This document shows positions 17,832 through 26,061 of a stretch of DNA of 64,000 nucleotides, in pieces. Under the pieces are notes generated by a model, which had not been told where the DNA came from, did not search any database, and worked only from the letters and a program-made list of their open reading frames with translations. The stretch is taken from positions 22,831-86,830 of the forward strand of contig CAMDKM010000014.1 of the NCBI GenBank assembly GCA_945900965.1, in the 5' to 3' direction. The DNA comes from Bordetella parapertussis. Its GTDB lineage: Bacteria > Pseudomonadota > Gammaproteobacteria > Burkholderiales > JACQAP01. Every line of letters starts with the position of its first letter. The first letter of the stretch is position 1. The translations under genes and the position numbers were made by a program.

Positions 17832-19031
17832 TCAGTTGATGGTCACTTGAAAAATTACGATATGGGTAACGGGTGCCACGACCGTTCCCAGCAGCACTTC
17901 AATTTGTCCGCCAGGAAGTGGCGCGTTGATGAATCGGCCGCTGTCGGTATCCGCGGTGTCACTAAGCGCAACCGAGTCCAGTCTCATTGACCCGGCGACA
18001 TAGGTAGTGCCTGCCGGAATAAGGTCGTCGATGCGCACACCCGTCAACATGCCGGCGCCGGCAATGTTGAGGGTCAGTGTGTATTCGATGATGGCGCCGG
18101 GAATAGGCGGGCCAGAGCCGACCACAGCTTGCGTCTTGACGAATCCGGCTGTTGCCTGAGTGACGAAGTATTCATCGTCGTCACTGTGACGGGCGTCCCT
18201 TGCCACATCGGTGTCGCCTGCGGGATCACCGAACAGCGTGTCGGTGAAGGCGGCGACGTCACTAACTGCCGCATTGGTCTCAGCAGCATCGGCGGCCAGC
18301 ACACCCGGCGTTGGTACAAGGGCTCCGGTGCCATCGGTGCTCTGCGCGGCAACTGCCGTTAGCGTCAGGCCCGCGGTATCGCCGCCTACCGTGGTGCCCG
18401 GAATATTTGCGACGACGAATACCGTGCGCGCAGTGTCCGGCTGAAGTTCGTCGAGGAAATTCGCGTTATCAGTGCCGACGTCGTAGGTGCCGTTGCCGTT
18501 GGCGTCGACAAATGCCTGCGGCGCCGTCGCATCGAAATTGTCGGTACGCCCGAATGCCGTGGTGGCGGAAGCAGCGTCCTGCGATACGATCAGTCGAAAA
18601 TCCAGTACGGCGTTGGAGGTGTTTGTCACCGTAAAAGTCAGCACTTGAGCACTTGCCCCGGGAGCCCCCAGGGTCGCTGCACCGCCAACTTCCGCCACCG
18701 TCAGATTGATGCGGCGATCGACCAGGAACTGGGAAGTATTACTGTTGGCGACAGGCTGGGGCACCGCCGCAATGTCGTAGGTGACCGATGCCGAATTGTC
18801 GACAGGGGTGCCGGCCAAGGTGCCAGCGGCGTAAACCGCCGACGAGAGCAGGCCCAAAACACCGAACGACACTGCCCTGGTCAGAACGCAAATTCGCGAA
18901 CTCTTTACTTTGGTTTTAGCTATGTCGAGAATCTCAAGAAGTGCCGATTTGCGTGGCACGAGCGTCGCCAGCAGTAGCCCCGGCGTGTGCTTCAATTCAG
19001 CCTTTCTCTGGCTTTTGACTAACACTTCCAT
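17832..19031 (-). CDS. ~399-aa secreted two-domain DUF11-like protein (putative structural subunit, paralog 1); start uncertain
   Basis: Paralog of 15984..17129 with signal-like segment AVSFGVLGLLSSAVYA-AG. The ORF-track start 19067 is TTG. ATG 19031 and GTG 18959 are alternatives, and none has a good SD. Confidence 0.75.
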   Translation of the reverse strand: MEVLVKSQRKAELKHTPGLLLATLVPRKSALLEILDIAKTKVKSSRICVLTRAVSFGVLGLLSSAVYAAGTLAGTPVDNSASVTYDIAAVPQPVANSNTSQFLVDRRINLTVAEVGGAATLGAPGASAQVLTFTVTNTSNAVLDFRLIVSQDAASATTAFGRTDNFDATAPQAFVDANGNGTYDVGTDNANFLDELQPDTARTVFVVANIPGTTVGGDTAGLTLTAVAAQSTDGTGALVPTPGVLAADAAETNAAVSDVAAFTDTLFGDPAGDTDVARDARHSDDDEYFVTQATAGFVKTQAVVGSGPPIPGAIIEYTLTLNIAGAGMLTGVRIDDLIPAGTTYVAGSMRLDSVALSDTADTDSGRFINAPLPGGQIEVLLGTVVAPVTHIVIFQVTIN

Positions 19032-19075
19032 TTGCACCGTGTCGCGGTGCAGCAGAATTTGCCGCAATTGTAGTT

Positions 19076-19154
19076 AAAAAAAGCGTAATTGCACAGGACG
19101 ATCGAATTATTGTTGTGTATAAACAATAAGTTCTGGCATCTTTCTCAATTACGC
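19076..19154 (-). terminator. nested hairpin followed by U7 in the leader of the DUF11 locus (terminator of the protease gene or attenuator)
   Basis: In minus orientation the outer stem is GCGTAATTG/CAATTACGC (19146-19154 / 19083-19091). The inner stem is TTATTGTT/AACAATAA (19107-19114 / 19122-19129). T7 follows directly (A7 at 19076-19082 on the plus strand). Confidence 0.4.
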
Positions 19155-19329
19155 GCTGTTAATATCGCAATCGGCAGGCCAATAGGTCGACAGTCGTCAG
19201 TGAAATTGGGTACAAATCAGGGGAAAAAGCAGTGCGGGAAAATTCAGACTAAAACGGGGCGAGTCGAAAGCGCGGAAATAACGCTACCTGGCTGTTCCGA
19301 TAGCGGAAAAAACCTGCTGCGCTAGAGAG

Positions 19330-22095
19330 TTAGGGGCGGGAGAGAATGACGAGGTGGGAATTTAGCCCATCAGACATACTGACTTCGAGGTCGCCGCCTT
19401 GCGGTAGCGTCGCCATCGGAACAGTGAATGTGCCTCCGCCTGCGTTAATCGCCAGTACGCGCCGGGCCGTGTTGGTCACCAGCGTTACCGTTGCAAAGGG
19501 AGACAAGAGCACATTCCATGAGACTTCCAGCATCCCGTTGCGGGATGACGACGAGGCCCACGGGCCGTCCCCGGACACGACACTGACTCCTGAACGCAGT
19601 GGGATGCGATCCACTGTGCCCTGGAGTACGACCGGTATTAGCCGTCCTTCCCGCCGCACTTCGATGGCGACCAGTTGGCCGGGGTGAGGAATTTGCACGA
19701 CGAAATGCCCTTCTCCCCGCGAGTGGTCAAGCGCCGAAACACCGAATCGCTTTTCGATCACGGCGCCGCCGCGGGTGATCAGCCGCAACAGGTACGTCCC
19801 AGTTTGGAACGACGCTCTCCCGGCACGCGTGGAACGCACCGGCGCGAGGCGTACGCCGGAGCTATCAATCGATCCGGATACAATCAGGACATCGGAAGAA
19901 GGAATATCGGTAGCGGTCGATGGCGTTTTTGCCTCCAGAAAACGCTGTACCTCGCGCAGGTTGTAATCGGAGAACCAGGAGCCGTTGCAATAGCCCATGA
20001 CATCGGTGAGGCCTGTCGCTGAAATGACCTGGTTGGCAAGCGCATCGAACAAGGGTGTCGGACCAAGCACACCGCCCGGATAGGGGTAGGCCGGGTCGGG
20101 TTCGTCTGCCTGGCCGCAGGGCGCATGCCGACGGCCATAGTTGTGACCAAATTCATGGACCAAGGTGCGCTGCCAACGGCTGTATGTTGCGTCCCAGCCG
20201 AGCGCAGTCATGGTCGGCGCCGCCGCCGTGGAATTCACGTATCCGATTCCCGACGTTCCAGTGCCAGTCATTGGCCGCACCATTCCGTAGTACTGTTTGC
20301 CGGGCGCCTCCGCAACGCGAAGATTTTCGAGTTCCGCCAGCGCGGCCGACCAATCGCTCGGAGTATCCACGCCGTTGGTTACCGATGCCAGCGTGTACGC
20401 GGCGCGCTGCGATACCAGAATTTCTTCGCGCGCCACCGGCATGCGTCGCGTCAATTCATCCCGAACCTCGGGCAGTGGCGGCATTGACGGAACAAGAGTC
20501 CCCGACACCAGCGGCACCATCACCACATCGATGGCAGTCTGGCTACCGATGCCAGGTGCGTTGTCGACTATCGTCGTCGCGTTAGAGGGCTGCATCGGAT
20601 CAATTTCGACGCGCACTTTCAGGCCGCTCCTTACCCAGTCAACCGGCAACTGGGCGTTGAAGGACTGAGCATTACTTTCGCGCAGGCTGGGAGAAACAAC
20701 AGTGGTGGCGGCCAGCACGGGCAAGGTTGCGGGTCCGTTCAGACCGATCGATCCAACTGGAGTATTGCCGGAATATCCGACGGCGCGCATGGGCGGCGCA
20801 ACGACTCCCGGAAAGTCGGAAACAACATGGGCGCGCAGCCAGGTTTCCCTTCCTGGCACAATCCGCAGCAAGGCATCGGTCGTCAACTGCGACAACACTT
20901 GCGCGAACTCCACATCCGCCAAACGCAACTCGCAGCCTCCGCCAACCACCAATGTTCCGGCGCGAACCGGATCCTGGGAGCCGGACAAGAGGGTGATTTC
21001 CGCACAATCCGTGCCGGATGGCGGCGTAAATTCCACTTGTGTCGCGCTTTGACTGTTGATGACAGTCGGAAGGGTGCCCACGGTTACTGAGGTAACGGTG
21101 GCAAGTCCACTACCGAGCAGAGTGACGGGCGCGCCCGATGCTGCTTCATAGGTTGTGGGAATAACCAGGATCGAATCGACAATACCGAGCACGAGGGAAG
21201 AAACAACCGTATCGCCGACACTCGCCACCACGGTAACCGGCCCGCTGCTTGCGGTCTTGGGAACAACCACACTCAAGGACGCGGTTCCACTGCGCGATTG
21301 CACAATGGCAGTGGCTCCGCCGGCGAATATCACACTTGCCGCGCGATCGAGGTTTTCGCCCTCTATTCTTAACATTTGATCGCGCGCGACAACAGGGCGA
21401 GAGAACGCGGTAATTGTCATCGGGTCGACAACAGTAACCCGCAAAGCAGTTTGCCTTACAACGCCAGCGAGGTCCACGATGGCCAGGAAGCCGCTCGCCG
21501 TTCCGGCCGGGACGTCCATTACCAGCGACGTAAGACTGCCGCTGACCAATGTAAGCGCGATGTTACCCAGCCTTACCTGGGAAACTTGATCGAGATTCAC
21601 TCCGGTCGCCGCAATGCGCCCCCCCGCCTGCACAGTATCCGAAGACACGGCGATTAGCATCGGTATCGGCGTTCCCGTCATGGCGGTAAAACTCGCCGCG
21701 GACAACGCAACACCGCCCGGCACGGAGGCTTCAATGTGCCCGCTCGTGGCATCGGTCGGCACAACAATCGCCATCCGGGTGGAGGAACGGTTAACGAGCA
21801 GCGCTTCCGTCGACCCGATTCTGGCAGTGGTTACCACATCCAGTCCACGACCATTGACCGTAATAACCGTCCCCGGCGGACCGCTGGCCGGGGCAAACGA
21901 CGAGATCGCGACCCGAGGCTGAGGCGCCGCCGTACTGCTGCCTGTATTACTGCCATCGCCACAGGATGCCAGGGACATGGTCGCGGCCAGCGCCCAGAAT
22001 GCAGCGCGGCAGGCATGGCAGCTTTTCCCCTGCGCCACGCTCGATCTGAGCGCTTTCGGTTGCGTGCGACGCCAATTTGTCGTGCAATATCCCAT
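19330..22095 (-). CDS. 921-aa lipoprotein: IPT/TIG repeats plus metzincin-type zinc metalloprotease domain
   Basis: Lipobox LAATMSLAS-C. There are several IPT-like repeats (I.SF.P.SGPPGTVITVNG.GL). HEFGHNYGRRH fits HExxHxxGxxH, and DVMGYC is a possible Met-turn. Confidence 0.8.
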   Translation of the reverse strand: MGYCTTNWRRTQPKALRSSVAQGKSCHACRAAFWALAATMSLASCGDGSNTGSSTAAPQPRVAISSFAPASGPPGTVITVNGRGLDVVTTARIGSTEALLVNRSSTRMAIVVPTDATSGHIEASVPGGVALSAASFTAMTGTPIPMLIAVSSDTVQAGGRIAATGVNLDQVSQVRLGNIALTLVSGSLTSLVMDVPAGTASGFLAIVDLAGVVRQTALRVTVVDPMTITAFSRPVVARDQMLRIEGENLDRAASVIFAGGATAIVQSRSGTASLSVVVPKTASSGPVTVVASVGDTVVSSLVLGIVDSILVIPTTYEAASGAPVTLLGSGLATVTSVTVGTLPTVINSQSATQVEFTPPSGTDCAEITLLSGSQDPVRAGTLVVGGGCELRLADVEFAQVLSQLTTDALLRIVPGRETWLRAHVVSDFPGVVAPPMRAVGYSGNTPVGSIGLNGPATLPVLAATTVVSPSLRESNAQSFNAQLPVDWVRSGLKVRVEIDPMQPSNATTIVDNAPGIGSQTAIDVVMVPLVSGTLVPSMPPLPEVRDELTRRMPVAREEILVSQRAAYTLASVTNGVDTPSDWSAALAELENLRVAEAPGKQYYGMVRPMTGTGTSGIGYVNSTAAAPTMTALGWDATYSRWQRTLVHEFGHNYGRRHAPCGQADEPDPAYPYPGGVLGPTPLFDALANQVISATGLTDVMGYCNGSWFSDYNLREVQRFLEAKTPSTATDIPSSDVLIVSGSIDSSGVRLAPVRSTRAGRASFQTGTYLLRLITRGGAVIEKRFGVSALDHSRGEGHFVVQIPHPGQLVAIEVRREGRLIPVVLQGTVDRIPLRSGVSVVSGDGPWASSSSRNGMLEVSWNVLLSPFATVTLVTNTARRVLAINAGGGTFTVPMATLPQGGDLEVSMSDGLNSHLVILSRP

Positions 22096-22197
22096 CGGTT
22101 CCGATCGCAGGCCGCCAATGGGTTGCCGGGCCGCGCAATGGTTGAAACGCCGTCAAGGAAAAATTCCAATGCGGTGTCGATGGGAGAGTTAACGTCC

Positions 22198-22668
22198 ATG
22201 AGCACTTCAGTCTTAAGATGGTCTATCGGCGTAATCGCGATGGCGGTATTGCTAGGTGCCGCGCCCATCGCAAAAGCCCAGAAAACTTCTGTCGAGACGC
22301 TGGTCACGCAGGCCGACGCCATCGCCATCTTTGAAGTGGCATTTGTCCCTTACGGAAATTTGGTGCTGCTTACGGAAATGCTGCTGGGCAGCCGGAATGA
22401 ATTGCCCGACTTGAGCGAATTGCTGGGGCCTTGCCTGCCGGGCAAAGCCGGCGTCAGGGAATTGGCGGAAAGCAGCAAGGATCCGGCAAATTCCGCCGTG
22501 CTGGACAACGCCGTTGAGCAGGCAGGCTACACGGCGGTGGTATTTCTCAAACGTCGAAGCCAATCGCTATCGATACTGTGCAGCGACTCGACATCTCTGG
22601 AGAATTGGGTGACTCACCCGTATCACAACAGGTGGCGCTCGCATCTGAACGCGAGGCTGGGGCGCTGA
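22198..22668 (+). CDS. hypothetical secreted protein (156 aa)
   Basis: The inner part of ORF 21736..22668 that does not overlap the protease gene. ATG 22198 is preceded by GGGAGAG. Signal WSIGVIAMAVLLGAAPIAKA-Q. No recognised family. Confidence 0.5.
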   Translation: MSTSVLRWSIGVIAMAVLLGAAPIAKAQKTSVETLVTQADAIAIFEVAFVPYGNLVLLTEMLLGSRNELPDLSELLGPCLPGKAGVRELAESSKDPANSAVLDNAVEQAGYTAVVFLKRRSQSLSILCSDSTSLENWVTHPYHNRWRSHLNARLGR

Positions 22669-22681
22669 ACGCGCTGGAAAA

Positions 22682-23620
22682 TCATGTGCCGCCGTCTTCG
22701 TAGCGGAAATTCATTGTGCGGCAGTGGTAATACAAGCCGCCGTCCTGAACGATCAACCAATTGGCCAGTCGCGCCCCATCGTTGTGATGGGAATGCACCG
22801 AAGTCGGTGGCGTTACCATGGTAACGAACGGCAGCCAATCCTTGCGTTCGCCGCCTACCATCGAGTAACACTTGTCGCCTTTGACGGCCAGCGACACGGC
22901 GACCGAATTATGGCTATGGGGAATCTGGATGCCGCCCGATTCGAGCTGGTTCATCGCCAACGTGAAGGACGGCGAGATATTGCGCCGCTCTTCCAAGCCC
23001 TCGGTGGCAAACACAACCGACAGACCCGCCGCCTGTTTGCCCGCGAGTTTTATCCGCACTTTGGCGAGTTCCTCGTCGATACTGGCCGCCGGAAAATGCG
23101 CTGCCTCGACCAGGCGTTCGTCGGGCTTGGGTGGCCGCAGTCGCTCGAATGCCAGTTCCGGCTCGTTGGTCACGATCCACAATACGCTGTCTCGCGCGGT
23201 CGCCGCGAGTCGAATCGGACTTCCGCCGGGCAGCGAAAACACATCGCCCGCCCGCCAATCGATTACTTCCGTATCCTGGACAACACTGCCTTCGCCCTCG
23301 ATAACGTAAGCCAGAACCACCGTTGCACGCGGATCGAAAGTCAGTGACTCCCCGCCCTGGATCCGTGCGTACGAAGCCAGCACCAGCGGTGAAGTCGCGG
23401 GATAGTTCACACCGAGGGCAGCACTTTGATCGCAGGCAATGAATCGGCTACCCGTGGCGGAATCGAAAGCCATGTCGCGTTCGGAGACAAAAACCGCCGC
23501 CGGGACCGGTGGATATTCGATATTGAAGGCGTTATCCGAATCGAAATAACGCGCTCGCTGGGTATAAGGCGTGGTAGTGGTGATGCCGGATCGAGGTGCC
23601 GTCTTCATGATCGTTGCCAA
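22682..23620 (-). CDS. bicupin protein, gentisate 1,2-dioxygenase-like
   Basis: Two cupin-like halves (VLAYVIEGEGSV..W..GDVFSLPG and IQIPHSHNSVAVSLAVKG..SVHSHHN). TTG start with AAGGAG 8 nt upstream. Confidence 0.65.
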   Translation of the reverse strand: MATIMKTAPRSGITTTTPYTQRARYFDSDNAFNIEYPPVPAAVFVSERDMAFDSATGSRFIACDQSAALGVNYPATSPLVLASYARIQGGESLTFDPRATVVLAYVIEGEGSVVQDTEVIDWRAGDVFSLPGGSPIRLAATARDSVLWIVTNEPELAFERLRPPKPDERLVEAAHFPAASIDEELAKVRIKLAGKQAAGLSVVFATEGLEERRNISPSFTLAMNQLESGGIQIPHSHNSVAVSLAVKGDKCYSMVGGERKDWLPFVTMVTPPTSVHSHHNDGARLANWLIVQDGGLYYHCRTMNFRYEDGGT

Positions 23621-23656
23621 GATTCACACTCCTTTCGATGTATTCCTGAAATATAT

Positions 23657-23766
23657 CTGCCGCAGAGAACACCGAAAAAGCTTTAATGCATGAAAGTTCC
23701 ACCAATCGGTGCTTTCGAACAATTCAAGAATTAATATTTCTCTGTGTCCTCTGTGCCCTCTGTGGC
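23657..23766. repeat. composite inverted-repeat element, copy C (arms of TCCTCTGTG-type units around a ~55-bp core)
   Basis: Right arm TCTCTGTG-TCCTCTGTG-CCCTCTGTG (23739-23764). Left arm GCCGCAGAGAACACCGAAAAAG. The core contains GTTCCACCAATCGGTGC, related to copies A and B. Confidence 0.5.
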
Positions 23767-23783
23767 CAAATCGCTATTCTCTT

Positions 23784-24575
23784 TCACCACTTGTTGCGCA
23801 ACTCGCGCAACTTCACGAATACGGTTTTCGGATCGGGCTGCTCCGGCAGATCGGGAAACGCTTCGCGCAGTTTCGCGATCACCGTCGGGCTGTGCAGTCG
23901 GAAAAAAGTGTTGATCTCCTTTTCCAGGGCCAGCGTGGTGACCATCGCCCGTTCCGGGTCCTGACTTCGGGCAGCCTCGATCATCGTCTGCGCCTTGCGA
24001 TTGTCCGGCTCCCGGGCCAGCGTAAAGCCAAGATTGTTGGCGAGGTAGTCGTGCCCGGGATAGACACGCGTCGTATCCGCCAGCTTCGATAGCTGGGTGG
24101 CAAAAGTCTGATACAGCTCGCTCGGATGGCCGCCATTGTGGCAATTGCCGGCCCCGGCATTGAATAACGTGTCGCCGCAGAACAAGGCCGGCGTGTCCGT
24201 GTGCGACAGCAGACATAAGTGGCTCATTGTATGCCCCGGCGTATCGAGGGCTTCGAGCTCCACTGTCTTGCCAACCTTGATCACATCCCCGGCGGCAAGT
24301 CCGCGATCGATGCCTGCGATGCTGCCGCCCGCATTGCAGTGGGCCAGGAGTTTCGCACCGGTGGCCGCGATTACCGCCTGATTGCCGCCGGTATGGTCCC
24401 CATGTTCATGGGTATTGACCACCTGGGTAATGCGCCAGCCCTTGTGCTTTGCCGTGGAAAGACAATTTTGATGGTCGAGCGGATCCACCGCCAGCGCTTC
24501 GCCCGTTTCCGGGCAGACGATGAGGTAATTGAAGTTGCGGTAGGAATTACCCGTCCAGATCTGCTCGACAATCAT
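23784..24575 (-). CDS. gloB: MBL-fold hydrolase, hydroxyacylglutathione hydrolase (glyoxalase II)-like
   Basis: NTHEHGDHTGGN (HxHxDH) motif and a GloB-type C-terminal helix region. ATG 24575 with GGAG upstream (the ORF-track start 24701 is an extension). Confidence 0.8.
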   Translation of the reverse strand: MIVEQIWTGNSYRNFNYLIVCPETGEALAVDPLDHQNCLSTAKHKGWRITQVVNTHEHGDHTGGNQAVIAATGAKLLAHCNAGGSIAGIDRGLAAGDVIKVGKTVELEALDTPGHTMSHLCLLSHTDTPALFCGDTLFNAGAGNCHNGGHPSELYQTFATQLSKLADTTRVYPGHDYLANNLGFTLAREPDNRKAQTMIEAARSQDPERAMVTTLALEKEINTFFRLHSPTVIAKLREAFPDLPEQPDPKTVFVKLRELRNKW

Positions 24576-24601
24576 CGCTCGCGCTCCGTCCTGTGAGCGC
24601 T

Positions 24602-24925
24602 TCAGCGCTTGAGCGGGAAAAACGACACCGGTGTCATCAAGCGGTTTTCCTGATGCTCCAGTGCGCCGAGTTTGGCGCTTTCCTCGGTGAAGGTGATCCA
24701 TTCCGGATCGGCCTGCATCGCCGCACGCTTGCGGGAGCGCTCGGCGGCGTCTTCGTAGGCCCAGATGTGGATGTATTGATTGACGTTGCCAGTCTCGGTG
24801 ATAAGGTAGGCAAACGGCTGGCCGAGGTGGCGAGTCTGCGGCCCTTTGCCCAATTTCTCGTAGAGCGCCAGGTGTTTCTTGATGGTGCCGGGCCGGCAGG
24901 TGTAGGTACGTACATCGAGCAGCAT
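24602..24925 (-). CDS. NIPSNAP family protein (107 aa)
   Basis: MLLDVRTYTCRPGT..NQYIHIWAYEDAAERSRKRAAMQADPEW pattern. ATG 24925 is preceded by AGAGGAGAA. Confidence 0.8.
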   Translation of the reverse strand: MLLDVRTYTCRPGTIKKHLALYEKLGKGPQTRHLGQPFAYLITETGNVNQYIHIWAYEDAAERSRKRAAMQADPEWITFTEESAKLGALEHQENRLMTPVSFFPLKR

Positions 24926-25220
24926 GTTTTCTCCTCTGGTTGGTGAACCCGTGGCGTTTCTTGATGGCGCCCTCATGGTGGCGGCTATTTTCTCACTTTC
25001 CCGGTAGTCGCCGATAAATAGACGATATGCCCTCGTAAGGCGGGTTAGCGTGACGCGTAACCTGCCGGGACCGCGTACGCACCATCCGTCGCAATACGCT
25101 GCGTTATTGGGCCCCGGATTGGGCGTACAGGATGGATGGCATTTGGCGATTACCGCATTGCCTCGGAACATGATTTAAACTGCGGGGCCACGATCACCCC
25201 GGCTGGGCCGGTCTCGGGAG

Positions 25221-26003
25221 CTATTTCGGGTTCTTGACGAATCCCGCCTGATCCGTGGCCCCAGCCATCAGTAAGCCCAGATCGTTGCCACAAAGAATGA
25301 ATTTGAATCCTTTGGTCAGATAAGTTCCGAGCAGGGGTTTGGCGTACACCCCGCCAAGACCGGGCCATTTGCTGTGTTTCTTGCAAGCGGCGAGCACCGT
25401 GTCCAGCGCCGCAACCAGTTTCGGATCGTCGAGTTTGCCCGGGATACCCATTTCGAGACACAGATCGTTGGTGCCCATCAGCAACACATCGATACCCGGC
25501 ACCGCCGCGATCCGCTCCGCGTTTTCCACCGCTCGCGGAGTTTCAATCATGACCACCACCAGCGTAGCCGCGTTCATCTCGCGCACCGCGTCCATGGCCG
25601 GAACCGTGCCGAATCCATACTGCGGATAACCACCGGCGATGGACCGATGGCCGATGGGTGCGAAGCGCAGCGCATCGACAATTGCCTTTGCCTCTTCCGG
25701 CGTATCCACATGCGGCACCACGATTCCCAGCGCCCCGCCGTCGAGGCAACGGGTCGCGAGCTTCAAATCCATGTGCGGCACGCGCACGATCGGCGCAATC
25801 CCCGCATCCAGCGCCGCCACCGCGATCGAACTCGCCGTCTCCACCGAGGAAGGCCCGTGTTCAAGATCGATAAACAGAAAATCAAAGCCTGCGGTTTTCA
25901 TGATGCGGGCAATTTCGACTCCACGCACCACGCGCACGCCCACACCGGCCGCCACCTTGCCCGCCACCAAGGCGCTTTTAGCTGGGTTGTTAATTGAATA
26001 CAT
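25221..26003 (-). CDS. HpcH/HpaI family aldolase
   Basis: GFDFLFIDLEHGP..IVRVP..GALGIVVPHVDTPEEA..VMIETP motifs. SD AAAGGAGGAG. Confidence 0.85.
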   Translation of the reverse strand: MYSINNPAKSALVAGKVAAGVGVRVVRGVEIARIMKTAGFDFLFIDLEHGPSSVETASSIAVAALDAGIAPIVRVPHMDLKLATRCLDGGALGIVVPHVDTPEEAKAIVDALRFAPIGHRSIAGGYPQYGFGTVPAMDAVREMNAATLVVVMIETPRAVENAERIAAVPGIDVLLMGTNDLCLEMGIPGKLDDPKLVAALDTVLAACKKHSKWPGLGGVYAKPLLGTYLTKGFKFILCGNDLGLLMAGATDQAGFVKNPK

Positions 26004-26028
26004 GAGGTCTCCTCCTTTTCTTAAGAAC

Positions 26029-26061
26029 GTGAATGAGTGAAGGTGTGAAGAGTGAAGGGTG
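26029..26061. repeat. tandem GTGAAKR heptamer/octamer array (4 units)
   Basis: GTGAATGA-GTGAAGGT-GTGAAGA-GTGAAGGG, read directly. It is the reverse complement of the CCCTTCAC units seen at 34748-34848. Confidence 0.5.
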
